64,000 nucleotides of DNA from Saprospiraceae bacterium. GTDB lineage: Bacteria; Bacteroidota; Bacteroidia; Chitinophagales; Saprospiraceae. The DNA is taken from positions 219 through 64,218 of the forward strand of contig JAHDFX010000005.1 of the NCBI GenBank assembly GCA_020627965.1. The letters are read 5' to 3'. Under the pieces are notes generated by a model that saw only the letters and a list, made by a program, of their open reading frames with translations, ran no database searches and was not told the DNA's origin. This document shows, piece after piece, positions 19,407 to 27,993 of the stretch (positions within the stretch are counted from its first letter, which is position 1; every line of letters starts with the position of its first letter). Made by a program: the position numbers and the translations under genes.

Positions 19407-20027
19407 TTAAGTATGCACTTTTGACAGATAATCCAGTAATACGTCACCACATTCTGACAAGGTATTTCCTAAAGCCACTATTCCGTCCTCATGCCCTGCC
19501 ATTACAAAGATTCTAAATTCAGCTAATTCTTTGTCCAAATACAACCTTTCAACTTCCTTCCCCATTTCCACCGTTCCGTAACTTATTTCTGCTGATGTTG
19601 TAGGTATTTTATACATAAATTTATTCCACATTTCTTTGCTATGGACATGAATAACAGCATTAATCTTTTCGTTTAACTTATAAACTGTTCCATGTGTTAA
19701 CGATTCTGATGATGCCTTTATTAAACCAGAACAACAAACAAGGTTTTTTTCCAAAGAACAGGAAGTTACAATTGAATAATGTTCTTGGTTCAACTCTTTT
19801 AATACTCCTGTCTGTGTTCCTGATATAATAAAATAATTTTTATTGTCTGGGTGACGGATACTTATATTGCCAAAACCAATATCATCCGGATAAACACCTA
19901 TAAGATTTAACTGATAAAGTTTTTTTCTCCAAAAGTTTAATTCTTGAATACTTTCTAGTTCGGGCGGGGGAGCTTTCTCCCATACACATTTATATTTTAT
20001 ATAGCCCTCATCTACCATCTCTCTCAC
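19407..20027 (-). CDS. class II aldolase/adducin-fold protein (possible MtnB-like dehydratase)
   Basis: ASSESLTHG and HVHS motifs typical of the class II aldolase fold. There is a 4-nt overlap with mtnA. Confidence 0.6.
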   Translation of the reverse strand: MREMVDEGYIKYKCVWEKAPPPELESIQELNFWRKKLYQLNLIGVYPDDIGFGNISIRHPDNKNYFIISGTQTGVLKELNQEHYSIVTSCSLEKNLVCCSGLIKASSESLTHGTVYKLNEKINAVIHVHSKEMWNKFMYKIPTTSAEISYGTVEMGKEVERLYLDKELAEFRIFVMAGHEDGIVALGNTLSECGDVLLDYLSKVHT

Positions 20028-21127
20028 TTTTTATCAAACAACTGCTTTATACTGGTTTCATTCGCTTCACAAATTCCTCTTTCGGTGATAAGAGCTGTAA
20101 CCAATCGTGCAGGTGTAACATCAAAACCATAGTTTTTAGCCTGACTTTTCTTTGGGGCGAGTGTTACTTTTTTGATTTCATCTTCATGCAGACCAATTAT
20201 AGATAGAACTTCATCTTGATCTCGTTCTTCTATTGGAATATCTTTTATTCCATCTTTAATTTTCCAATCTATCGTAGAAGAGGGTAAGGCAACATAAAAT
20301 GGTACATTATTGTCTTTAGCTGCTAATGCTTTGAGATAAGTACCTACTTTATTAGCCACATCACCTGTGATTGTTGTCCGATCAGTCCCTACAATGCACA
20401 TATCCACCATTCCATGCTGCATCAGGTGCCCACCTGCATTATCTGTAATGATCGTATGTGGTATCCCGTGTTCACCTAATTCCCAGGCGGTCAAACGTGC
20501 CCCTTGATTTCTTGGGCGTGTTTCATCTACCCATACATGAATATCAATACCTTTATCATGCGCCTGATACATAGGAGATGTTGCTGTCCCCCAATCTACA
20601 CATGCCAGCCAGCCAGCATTACAATGTGTAAGTATATTGACTGTTTTGCCGGCTTTTTTTTCACTTATTTCTTCAATCAATTCAATGCCAAATTTACCAA
20701 TTTTCCGGCAGACCTCAATATCTTCCATTTTTAGTTGACAGGCAAGATTAAATGCATTTTTTATTCGTTCAGACGGGTCATTAATTTCAAAAATCTTACA
20801 AAGCTGTTTTTTTACTGCCCATTGTAAATTGACTGCTGTAGGGCGAGTATTAAGCAATTTTTGTGCTGCTTTTCGGATATATGTATCTGCATCAGTATCT
20901 TTTTTAGCTTCTAAAGTGGCAAAATACATTCCAAAAGCAGCAGTTATGCCAATGAGTGGTGCACCTCGTACCCACATCTCCTTTATCGCTCTAGCTGCAT
21001 CGTCAACCGTTTTAAGCTGCACAAACTTAAGTTCATGTGGCAAAAAACGTTGGTCAATGATATTAACTAAGCTATTATTTTCTTTATCCAACCAAATTGA
21101 ACGATAAGATTGACCATCTATCTTCAT
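20024..21127 (-). CDS. mtnA: S-methyl-5-thioribose-1-phosphate isomerase
   Basis: eIF-2B alpha/beta/delta-like family: VRGAPLIG, TRPRNQGARLTAWEL, VGTDR..GDVANKVGTY. Confidence 0.85.
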   Translation of the reverse strand: MKIDGQSYRSIWLDKENNSLVNIIDQRFLPHELKFVQLKTVDDAARAIKEMWVRGAPLIGITAAFGMYFATLEAKKDTDADTYIRKAAQKLLNTRPTAVNLQWAVKKQLCKIFEINDPSERIKNAFNLACQLKMEDIEVCRKIGKFGIELIEEISEKKAGKTVNILTHCNAGWLACVDWGTATSPMYQAHDKGIDIHVWVDETRPRNQGARLTAWELGEHGIPHTIITDNAGGHLMQHGMVDMCIVGTDRTTITGDVANKVGTYLKALAAKDNNVPFYVALPSSTIDWKIKDGIKDIPIEERDQDEVLSIIGLHEDEIKKVTLAPKKSQAKNYGFDVTPARLVTALITERGICEANETSIKQLFDKK

Positions 21128-21203
21128 AATAATACAAATAAGTATTACGACTTACATTGACAATTGTTACAAATATATAGTAATTTATTGCCAAATAGCC
21201 TTT

Positions 21204-22436
21204 CTATTTACTTAAAAGTTTGTCTAAAGCAATTTCCATAGCCATTGTTGATAGCCCTGTAAGTTTTGGATTATTTTCATATACATTACTCAATGCTGTC
21301 TTTATTGTATTGGAAACATCACTAAAAACAGCATCATCAGTACGTTCTGCCTCAGACTGCATAAAATAAGCAAATCCTCTAGCCATACCGCAATTGGCTA
21401 TAAAATCAGGAATAATACTAATTTTTGAATCTACATATTTTGCAGTAGGTCCAAAAAATACCTGATCATCAACAAAAGGGACATTAGCCCCGCAAGCTAT
21501 AACTTCAAGTTCATTATCTATTAAAGCATCAACTTGTTCTCTTGTGATTAGTTTTGATGCTGCTCCTGGAATAAATACATCTGCTTTTAAATTCCATATG
21601 CGTTGATTCATTTCTTCAAAAGGAATCATGTTATCTGCTCGAAGTTTGTTTCCATCTTTATTCCAAAACAACTCTTTTATTTCGTCAAGCCCCATACCAT
21701 TTTCACTAATAACTCCGCCACTTCGATCTATAATACCTACAATTTTTGCTCCTGCATGTGCTAAAGATATTCCAGCAGAAGAAGCTACATTTCCCCAGCC
21801 CTGTACAATGACTTTCTTACCTTTTACACTACTTTTATGAAAAATATCATAGTAGTGTTTAACAGACTCTGATACTCCATAACCCGTAATCATATCCGCA
21901 ACGGTGTACTTTTTAGACCCTTCAGGTGTATAATTTGGGTCTTCTATCACCTTTGATACACCAGTTCTTAAACCTCCTAAAATTCTTATCTTCTCTCCCC
22001 CATTTGGCTTATAATGCCCATTAACAATACCTTCCTGCGGATGCCAGAGTCCCAAATCTTCTGTAATTTCAATTACTTCTTTTATGTCTACATCTAGGTC
22101 GCCTCCGGTACCATAGTAATTTTTTAATAAAGGAAATACCGCCTTGTACCAACGCTGGAGTACACCTTCATGCCTAGGGTCTCTTGGATCAAAATTGATT
22201 CCTGACTTAGCTCCCCCAATATCAGGACCGCATACTGAAAATTTCACTTCCATTACTTTCGCAAGAGAGATGACTTCTTCTTTATTAAGTCCTTTACGCA
22301 TTCTGGTTCCTCCTCCTGCTGCGCCGCCTCTAAGCGAATTGATTACAACCCAGCCTACTGCATCTGTTTCGGCATCATGCCATTCAAAAACAATTTCGGG
22401 AGGAGTATTTTTATATTTTTTCAGTAATTCTTCCAT
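21204..22436 (-). CDS. Glu/Leu/Phe/Val-family amino-acid dehydrogenase
   Basis: GGTRM and GGAKSGINFDP catalytic-Lys region; the Rossmann motif GWGNVAS. Confidence 0.85.
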   Translation of the reverse strand: MEELLKKYKNTPPEIVFEWHDAETDAVGWVVINSLRGGAAGGGTRMRKGLNKEEVISLAKVMEVKFSVCGPDIGGAKSGINFDPRDPRHEGVLQRWYKAVFPLLKNYYGTGGDLDVDIKEVIEITEDLGLWHPQEGIVNGHYKPNGGEKIRILGGLRTGVSKVIEDPNYTPEGSKKYTVADMITGYGVSESVKHYYDIFHKSSVKGKKVIVQGWGNVASSAGISLAHAGAKIVGIIDRSGGVISENGMGLDEIKELFWNKDGNKLRADNMIPFEEMNQRIWNLKADVFIPGAASKLITREQVDALIDNELEVIACGANVPFVDDQVFFGPTAKYVDSKISIIPDFIANCGMARGFAYFMQSEAERTDDAVFSDVSNTIKTALSNVYENNPKLTGLSTMAMEIALDKLLSK

Positions 22437-22556
22437 CTCTTAACTAATTAGATATTATTTGGAAACAAAAAACAATTGCCATAGCAACTATTGTCATGCA
22501 AATGTAGCAAATACCTTAAACCATATCTATTCAAACTGATTATAAAAATGTCAAAT

Positions 22557-22588
22557 TTTGATTATGGCAAAAGTGCTTTGTAAATTTG
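22557..22588 (+). promoter_or_regulatory. candidate Bacteroidota promoter (TTTG-N20-TAAATTTG)
   Basis: Exact TAnnTTTG at 22581..22588, 23 nt before the ATG at 22612, with TTTG at 22557..22560 at -33 spacing. Confidence 0.6.
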
Positions 22589-22611
22589 CCTCCAATTAAA
22601 TAAAATCCTAC

Positions 22612-23724
22612 ATGCTAAATAACTGGTTACAACCTGTCCAATTAAAAAATATTCTTTCTATTAAAGAGCTTTCAATCCATCAATGGGGAAGAGTTGCCAA
22701 AATATACAAGAAGAGTATTCCGAATTTAAAGGACGTAAAGCTTGCTATCGTAGGAATTGAAGAGGGTAATGCTAATGCTGTGCGTAGACATTTGTATACG
22801 ATGACAGCGCCTATCAATAGTTTACCTGTAGCTGATCTGGGTAATTTTCGTAAAATACACCCTGAATTCATTATCCCGGTTTTAGCGGAATTGCAAGAAA
22901 ATGGAATTATACCTATTATAATAGGCGGTCATCATGCCTTTACTTATGCACAGTACAAAGCCTTCAGTTTTCAAAACTACCTTATCAATGCTGTTGTAGC
23001 CAATGAACGAATTGCCTACACTTCAGACAGACGTAAGAAGGATAAAGACTATTTTTATTTAAATAAAATCTTACAAGACAAAAAACACTTTCTGTTCAAC
23101 CTGAGTCATATTGGTCATCAGACGCATTTTGTAGATACTAAAACATTAGATGCTTTTGATAAAAAAGGTTTTGAGTGTACTCGTTTAGGGAAAATGAAAG
23201 ATAATTTGGCAGAAATAGAGCCATTCATTAGAGATGCAGATATGCTGAGTTTTGATATTTCTGTTTTAAAACAATCAGAAGCTCCAGGGCACCAACTCCC
23301 CTCCCCTAGTGGCATTTTTGCTGAAGAAGCTTGTCAAATTGCTTATTATGCTGGCATGAGTGACAAAATGACTTCTTTCGGCTTATATGGGTATTATCCT
23401 GAGCATGACAGGCAGGATCAAACCGCACAACTCATTGCTCAAATGATCTGGTATTTTTCAGATGGCTTTTGCCATCGACTGAACGATCTTCCTATTAATG
23501 CAAATAAATTTACCCGTTATGCCGTTAATGTAAAAGGGACTAAATACGAGTTGATTTTCTGGAAAAGCAAAAAAAGTGAGCGCTGGTGGGTACAGATGCC
23601 GACTATCAGCAATCGAAAACAGAAAAGACATCAAGTTATTCCCTGTTCTCTTAATGATTATAACTTGGCTTGCCAGGGGGAAATACCCAATCGTTTATTG
23701 AATGCTTCCAAGCGTTTTGTATAA
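22612..23724 (+). CDS. arginase/formimidoylglutamase-fold protein with degenerate metal-ligand motifs
   Basis: IIGGHHAFTY, MLSFDISVLKQSEAPG and GLYGYYPEHDRQDQTAQLIAQ align to ureohydrolase-family blocks, but several canonical Asp/His residues are replaced. Confidence 0.65.
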   Translation: MLNNWLQPVQLKNILSIKELSIHQWGRVAKIYKKSIPNLKDVKLAIVGIEEGNANAVRRHLYTMTAPINSLPVADLGNFRKIHPEFIIPVLAELQENGIIPIIIGGHHAFTYAQYKAFSFQNYLINAVVANERIAYTSDRRKKDKDYFYLNKILQDKKHFLFNLSHIGHQTHFVDTKTLDAFDKKGFECTRLGKMKDNLAEIEPFIRDADMLSFDISVLKQSEAPGHQLPSPSGIFAEEACQIAYYAGMSDKMTSFGLYGYYPEHDRQDQTAQLIAQMIWYFSDGFCHRLNDLPINANKFTRYAVNVKGTKYELIFWKSKKSERWWVQMPTISNRKQKRHQVIPCSLNDYNLACQGEIPNRLLNASKRFV

Positions 23725-23727
23725 ACT

Positions 23728-25017
23728 TTAAGATAAAAGTAATTTCTCTAATCTAATCCCTCTGGATCCTTTAATAAGGAAAAAATGCTTCTGGAAATTT
23801 TGCTCATCAAACCAGCTCTTCAATTTAATTACATCTGCAAAATGTAATACTTTTTCTCTGGTTACTTCACCAAAGACATCGCCCACTAAAATAATTCTAC
23901 TAAAATCGTAGGTTTGAGCTAATTCTATAATGGCAGTATGCTCAATCTTACTTTCTTCGCCCAGTTCCAACATATCTCCAAGAATAACAATCTTTTTCAA
24001 ATCCGAAGGCAAAGTCGCAAAATTTTCAATAGCAATACGCATACTGGTCGGATTCGCATTGTAAGCATCTAACACGTATTGATTGGCATCCTTTTGTATA
24101 AATTGAGAACGATTATTGGAAGGCACATAATTTTCCAATGCTGTTTTTATTGCGGATAATCTTACATTGAAATGCGCACCTACAGTTACCGCTGTTAGTA
24201 TATTATTGAAATTATAACTACCTATAAGCTGCGTACTAATTTTTAATAGCTTATCATATTGACTCAATTCGACTTGTACAAAGGGACTGTTTCCTACAGG
24301 CATAAGATGAAACCGACCATTTTCTCCCTGTCGATAAGGAATAGTCTTTGTGACATCAGGTATTAGGTCTTCCAGAAAAGATTCATCCTGATTGACAAAT
24401 ACAGTTCCATTACTTTCATGAAGGTATCTGTACATCTCAGATTTGGTCTGTCTGACTCCTTCGAAACTACCAAAGCCTTCTAAATGTGCCTTGCCTACAT
24501 TGGTAATCATACCATAATTTGGCTCTGCAATTCGACATAAAAAATCTATCTCCCCCAAATGATTAGCCCCCATTTCAATAACAGCTATTTCTGTATCATC
24601 TGACATGGCTAATAAAGTTAAGGGCACGCCAATATGGTTGTTAAAGTTTCCTTTTGTGAAATGTGTTTTAAATGTGGTACTCAATACAGCACTGACAAGT
24701 TCTTTTGTGGTTGTTTTTCCATTGCTTCCTGTAATCGCTACCACAGGAATATCGAATTGTCTTCGATGGTGTTGAGCCAAGTCTTGTAAGGTTTTTAAGG
24801 TATCGTCTACACAAATTAATCGATCATCATCTGGTAAACCTTTATCGCTAACCAAGGCATATCCTGCCCCTTTTCCCAAGGCATCCAAAGCATAGGCATT
24901 GCCATCAAATTTTTCTCCTTTTAAAGCTACAAATAAACAACCGTCGGGTAAATTGCGGCTATCTGTGCTGACCATCCCACATTTCCTGAATACCTGATAT
25001 AGTTTTTGTATCTCCAT
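23728..25017 (-). CDS. murF: UDP-N-acetylmuramoyl-tripeptide--D-alanyl-D-alanine ligase
   Basis: STDSRNL..GCLFVALKGEKFDGN and GSNGKTTTKE P-loop. The start at 25017 (MEIQKLY) is chosen by N-terminal similarity to MurF; the longer ORF would overlap gldJ. Confidence 0.9.
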   Translation of the reverse strand: MEIQKLYQVFRKCGMVSTDSRNLPDGCLFVALKGEKFDGNAYALDALGKGAGYALVSDKGLPDDDRLICVDDTLKTLQDLAQHHRRQFDIPVVAITGSNGKTTTKELVSAVLSTTFKTHFTKGNFNNHIGVPLTLLAMSDDTEIAVIEMGANHLGEIDFLCRIAEPNYGMITNVGKAHLEGFGSFEGVRQTKSEMYRYLHESNGTVFVNQDESFLEDLIPDVTKTIPYRQGENGRFHLMPVGNSPFVQVELSQYDKLLKISTQLIGSYNFNNILTAVTVGAHFNVRLSAIKTALENYVPSNNRSQFIQKDANQYVLDAYNANPTSMRIAIENFATLPSDLKKIVILGDMLELGEESKIEHTAIIELAQTYDFSRIILVGDVFGEVTREKVLHFADVIKLKSWFDEQNFQKHFFLIKGSRGIRLEKLLLS

Positions 25018-25021
25018 GTCC

Positions 25022-25058
25022 CAAAAATAACAAAGCCTTTCCAAATGGAAAGGCTTTG
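25022..25058 (-). terminator. intrinsic terminator after gldJ
   Basis: On the minus strand: the 12-bp stem CAAAGCCTTTCC/GGAAAGGCTTTG with a 4-nt loop, followed by TTATTTTT. Confidence 0.75.
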
Positions 25059-25081
25059 CATAAATATCTTTGAAGTACTGA

Positions 25082-26584
25082 TTATTTGTACTTTCTCTTA
25101 ACTTTCTTCTTATAACGTTTTGGGAAGTGATTCCCTCCTTTCTTCTGGTTCCCTTGTGGACCACCTACACGTGTCATAGAACAGCGGAAGCCGATAGTGC
25201 GATCGGAGCGATCTTCATCTAGAAAGCGTCTTGCTCCTGGAGACAGGTAGTAAGCTCTATCAGCCCAAGAACCACCTTTATACACTCTTGCTTTATCGCT
25301 AACCAGCGTAGATACACCATAGTTGTAGAATACTTCAGATTCTTTATCACCATCTAAGTAATCAACTACATTTCCACGCTTATAATTAAGACGTTCTGCA
25401 ACATCTTCATCTTTGACCTGCTCATAGCGAATACGTCCTAAACTATCTTTCTCAACTGGTCGACCTTCTTCATCAAGAACTTTGTGTTCAAAAATATTAC
25501 CACGATAAGGATTCAATTCATGATTATCGACATCTTCTAGAGCAACACTAGTTAAAGGGCGATAAATATCAAGCACCCACTCACTAACATTACCAGCCAT
25601 ATTAAACAGACCGTAATCATTGGGCATATTAGAACGAACCGGAGCTGTAATATGTGCATTATCATTCAACTTCCCAGCCATCCCCATATAGTCACCACGA
25701 CCACGTTTGAAGTTAGCCATCATCATACCCTGAAATTTACCACGTCTTGCATAGCGCATAGTTGTTCCATCCCATGGATATAAACGGCGATCTGTAACTC
25801 GCTCATCTTTAGAAACATTATTACCTTTCAATGCAACCGCTGCATACTCCCATTCTGCTTCAGTAGGCAGACGGTAAGCAGGCAATACGATACCATCCTC
25901 AAAGCGAACGGAACGCTCACCACCAGTACGCCAATCGGGTACCCCTTTATTCATACTACCTTCGTACTGACCTACAAGATATGATTCTGTATTGAAGTTA
26001 TCTTCATCTTTTTGTTCAGCATTGGCATTGAGAATTTTCTTCTCTATAAGAATCATTTCGTTCACACGATCTGTACGCCACTTACAATAATCGTTAGCCT
26101 GTAGCCAATTTACACCAACTACTGGATAATCATCATAAGCGGGGTGACGGAAGTATGTTTCCACAAATGGTTCATTGAAAGCTAATTCTTCACGCCATAC
26201 CAATGTATCAGGTAATGCGTTCAGCCAAACTTCAGGGTAAGACTCAGAGAAAACTCTGTCTACCCACCATAAGTATTCGCGGTAATCAATGTTAGCAACC
26301 TCTGTTTCGTCCATGTAAAATGAAGAAACTGTTACACGTCTAGGAATGTTGTTATACGTGTACATGACGTCTTGGTCAACTACACCCATTGTGAAAGTTC
26401 CACCCTCGATCAAAACGAGGTTTGGACCTGTAGCTTGTCCCTGATATTCTAGTTTTTCAAAGCCACCCCACTCTGTATCGTTGTATTTCCAACCCGTTGT
26501 AGCAGAGGACTCTTTCTTCTTACAGGAATCGAAAAGAAACAGCGCAATAATCGCAAATGCGCTCACCTTCAGAAGTTGTTTCAT
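25082..26584 (-). CDS. gldJ: gliding motility lipoprotein GldJ (FGE/SUMF1-fold)
   Basis: Lipobox LFDSC; TTGWKYND..WGGFE N-terminus; a sulfatase-modifying-factor-like C-terminal part. It is adjacent to murF and to porU/porV, as in Flavobacterium. Confidence 0.85.
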   Translation of the reverse strand: MKQLLKVSAFAIIALFLFDSCKKKESSATTGWKYNDTEWGGFEKLEYQGQATGPNLVLIEGGTFTMGVVDQDVMYTYNNIPRRVTVSSFYMDETEVANIDYREYLWWVDRVFSESYPEVWLNALPDTLVWREELAFNEPFVETYFRHPAYDDYPVVGVNWLQANDYCKWRTDRVNEMILIEKKILNANAEQKDEDNFNTESYLVGQYEGSMNKGVPDWRTGGERSVRFEDGIVLPAYRLPTEAEWEYAAVALKGNNVSKDERVTDRRLYPWDGTTMRYARRGKFQGMMMANFKRGRGDYMGMAGKLNDNAHITAPVRSNMPNDYGLFNMAGNVSEWVLDIYRPLTSVALEDVDNHELNPYRGNIFEHKVLDEEGRPVEKDSLGRIRYEQVKDEDVAERLNYKRGNVVDYLDGDKESEVFYNYGVSTLVSDKARVYKGGSWADRAYYLSPGARRFLDEDRSDRTIGFRCSMTRVGGPQGNQKKGGNHFPKRYKKKVKRKYK

Positions 26585-26620
26585 AATCTTGAAATATGTT
26601 TTTATTTAAAAAATGGCGTA

Positions 26621-26628
26621 CAAATTTA
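26621..26628 (-). promoter_or_regulatory. candidate -7 box (TAAATTTG) upstream of gldJ
   Basis: Exact TAnnTTTG on the minus strand, 37 nt upstream of the gldJ ATG. No clear -33 TTG. Confidence 0.4.
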
Positions 26629-26719
26629 CTAACTAATTCTAATTATTAGGTAGCTGTTTAACTATTTTCAATAGTTTGTTATGTCAATTTTTTGTGATGT
26701 TCGTGTTTGATCTGTAAAG

Positions 26720-27742
26720 TTACCTAAACATTCTCAGACAATCTGTATACTTTCGCTGATTCCTTTTGCGCTTCGCCCATTCCGTTTCATCGAAATTAAG
26801 AACAACTGATATTTCATGCCCTCCGGCAGTGTACGAACTCAGATCCGACAGTGTGAGATCGTAGCTGTAACCTACTTTAAGTACATCTTTCTGGAAACCT
26901 ACCAGCAATATAGCTGCATCAGGATTTGTGAAAGTATGTCGATACCAGGCTCCGCCAAACAAGTACCAGGTTCTGAAGTACGCACCTACATTAACCTGAT
27001 AAAAATCAGTTTGCTTTGCAAGAATCACGTTAGGTGATATAAACGTTTTTGTCTGTCTTTTATTGTTTTCCACTAAAACCAATTCAGCACCTGCATGAAA
27101 TGAGTACAAAATAGGTCTTTGTGCAAAATCAGTTTCTACATCCAGAATGCTTTCATCTGGCGCATTTATGTGTTTCAATGTCAGTCCGGCATAGAAATGA
27201 GGCGAATAAGCCAATAAACCTGCCGAAAAATCAAAATAACTTCTTGTCAAATTATCCGGACGCTCTTCTTCCGTCGGATATGGATTGCCTGCCGGGTCAG
27301 TTGGACCATTAATCGGATCAAGCTGATCGAGGAAAAGTAATTTATCCCAGTCCAGTCTTCTCTGAACAACACCTCCTTCCAATCCACCTCTCAAGTACAG
27401 ATTCTCGTTCATTCGGAGGTCATAGGCATAGGATAAATCAATCCGATTCGTCTGGTAAATTCCGTCTCCCTCTATATCAGACAAAATATTTGCCCCTATA
27501 CCACTATTCACCTTGTAAAAATATTGGTCGTAAGACGCAGAATATGTTACATAAGCATTTGGTAATGCTGGCCATTGATTTCTGTAATTCAGTATAATTC
27601 GTGGCTCATGAGTCAATCCGGTTAATGCCGGGTTCAATTCGAGCGGGGCTGCAAAAAACTGGCTGAACACGACATCCTGTGCCTTGACAGGAACCATGGA
27701 GAGTATCAGAAAGAGCAGCGAGAGTATTTGTTTAGATGTCAT
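26720..27742 (-). CDS. PorP/SprF-family type IX secretion membrane protein
   Basis: Signal peptide, then QDVVFSQFFAAPLELNPALTG and YRNQWP motifs characteristic of PorP/SprF. Confidence 0.8.
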   Translation of the reverse strand: MTSKQILSLLFLILSMVPVKAQDVVFSQFFAAPLELNPALTGLTHEPRIILNYRNQWPALPNAYVTYSASYDQYFYKVNSGIGANILSDIEGDGIYQTNRIDLSYAYDLRMNENLYLRGGLEGGVVQRRLDWDKLLFLDQLDPINGPTDPAGNPYPTEEERPDNLTRSYFDFSAGLLAYSPHFYAGLTLKHINAPDESILDVETDFAQRPILYSFHAGAELVLVENNKRQTKTFISPNVILAKQTDFYQVNVGAYFRTWYLFGGAWYRHTFTNPDAAILLVGFQKDVLKVGYSYDLTLSDLSSYTAGGHEISVVLNFDETEWAKRKRNQRKYTDCLRMFR

Positions 27743-27993
27743 ATTTACTAATACTGGCTTTTCATGTTAAAATCTTTAACGACGACAATTTTTAACAAAA
27801 AAATAACGTTCGTTTCTCAGTTATCGTTTTAGTAACGATAAAGACAAAACTTATGTTTTCTATAAGTAGAAAAATACTTCACAAAAAAATTAGACGTAAA
27901 TTTGTCTGTAACTAGTACACCTCTGACAATATAAATTGCCGTTGAGTGTATTATATTTTGTAGCAGTATTGCTGAAAACACCATTTTAATCTT

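Noticed and set aside
23728-25164. Long form of the murF ORF (478 aa) starting at 25164.
   Set aside because: The extra 49 codons overlap the gldJ 3' end and run through the gldJ terminator hairpin. Similarity to MurF begins at the Met at 25017.
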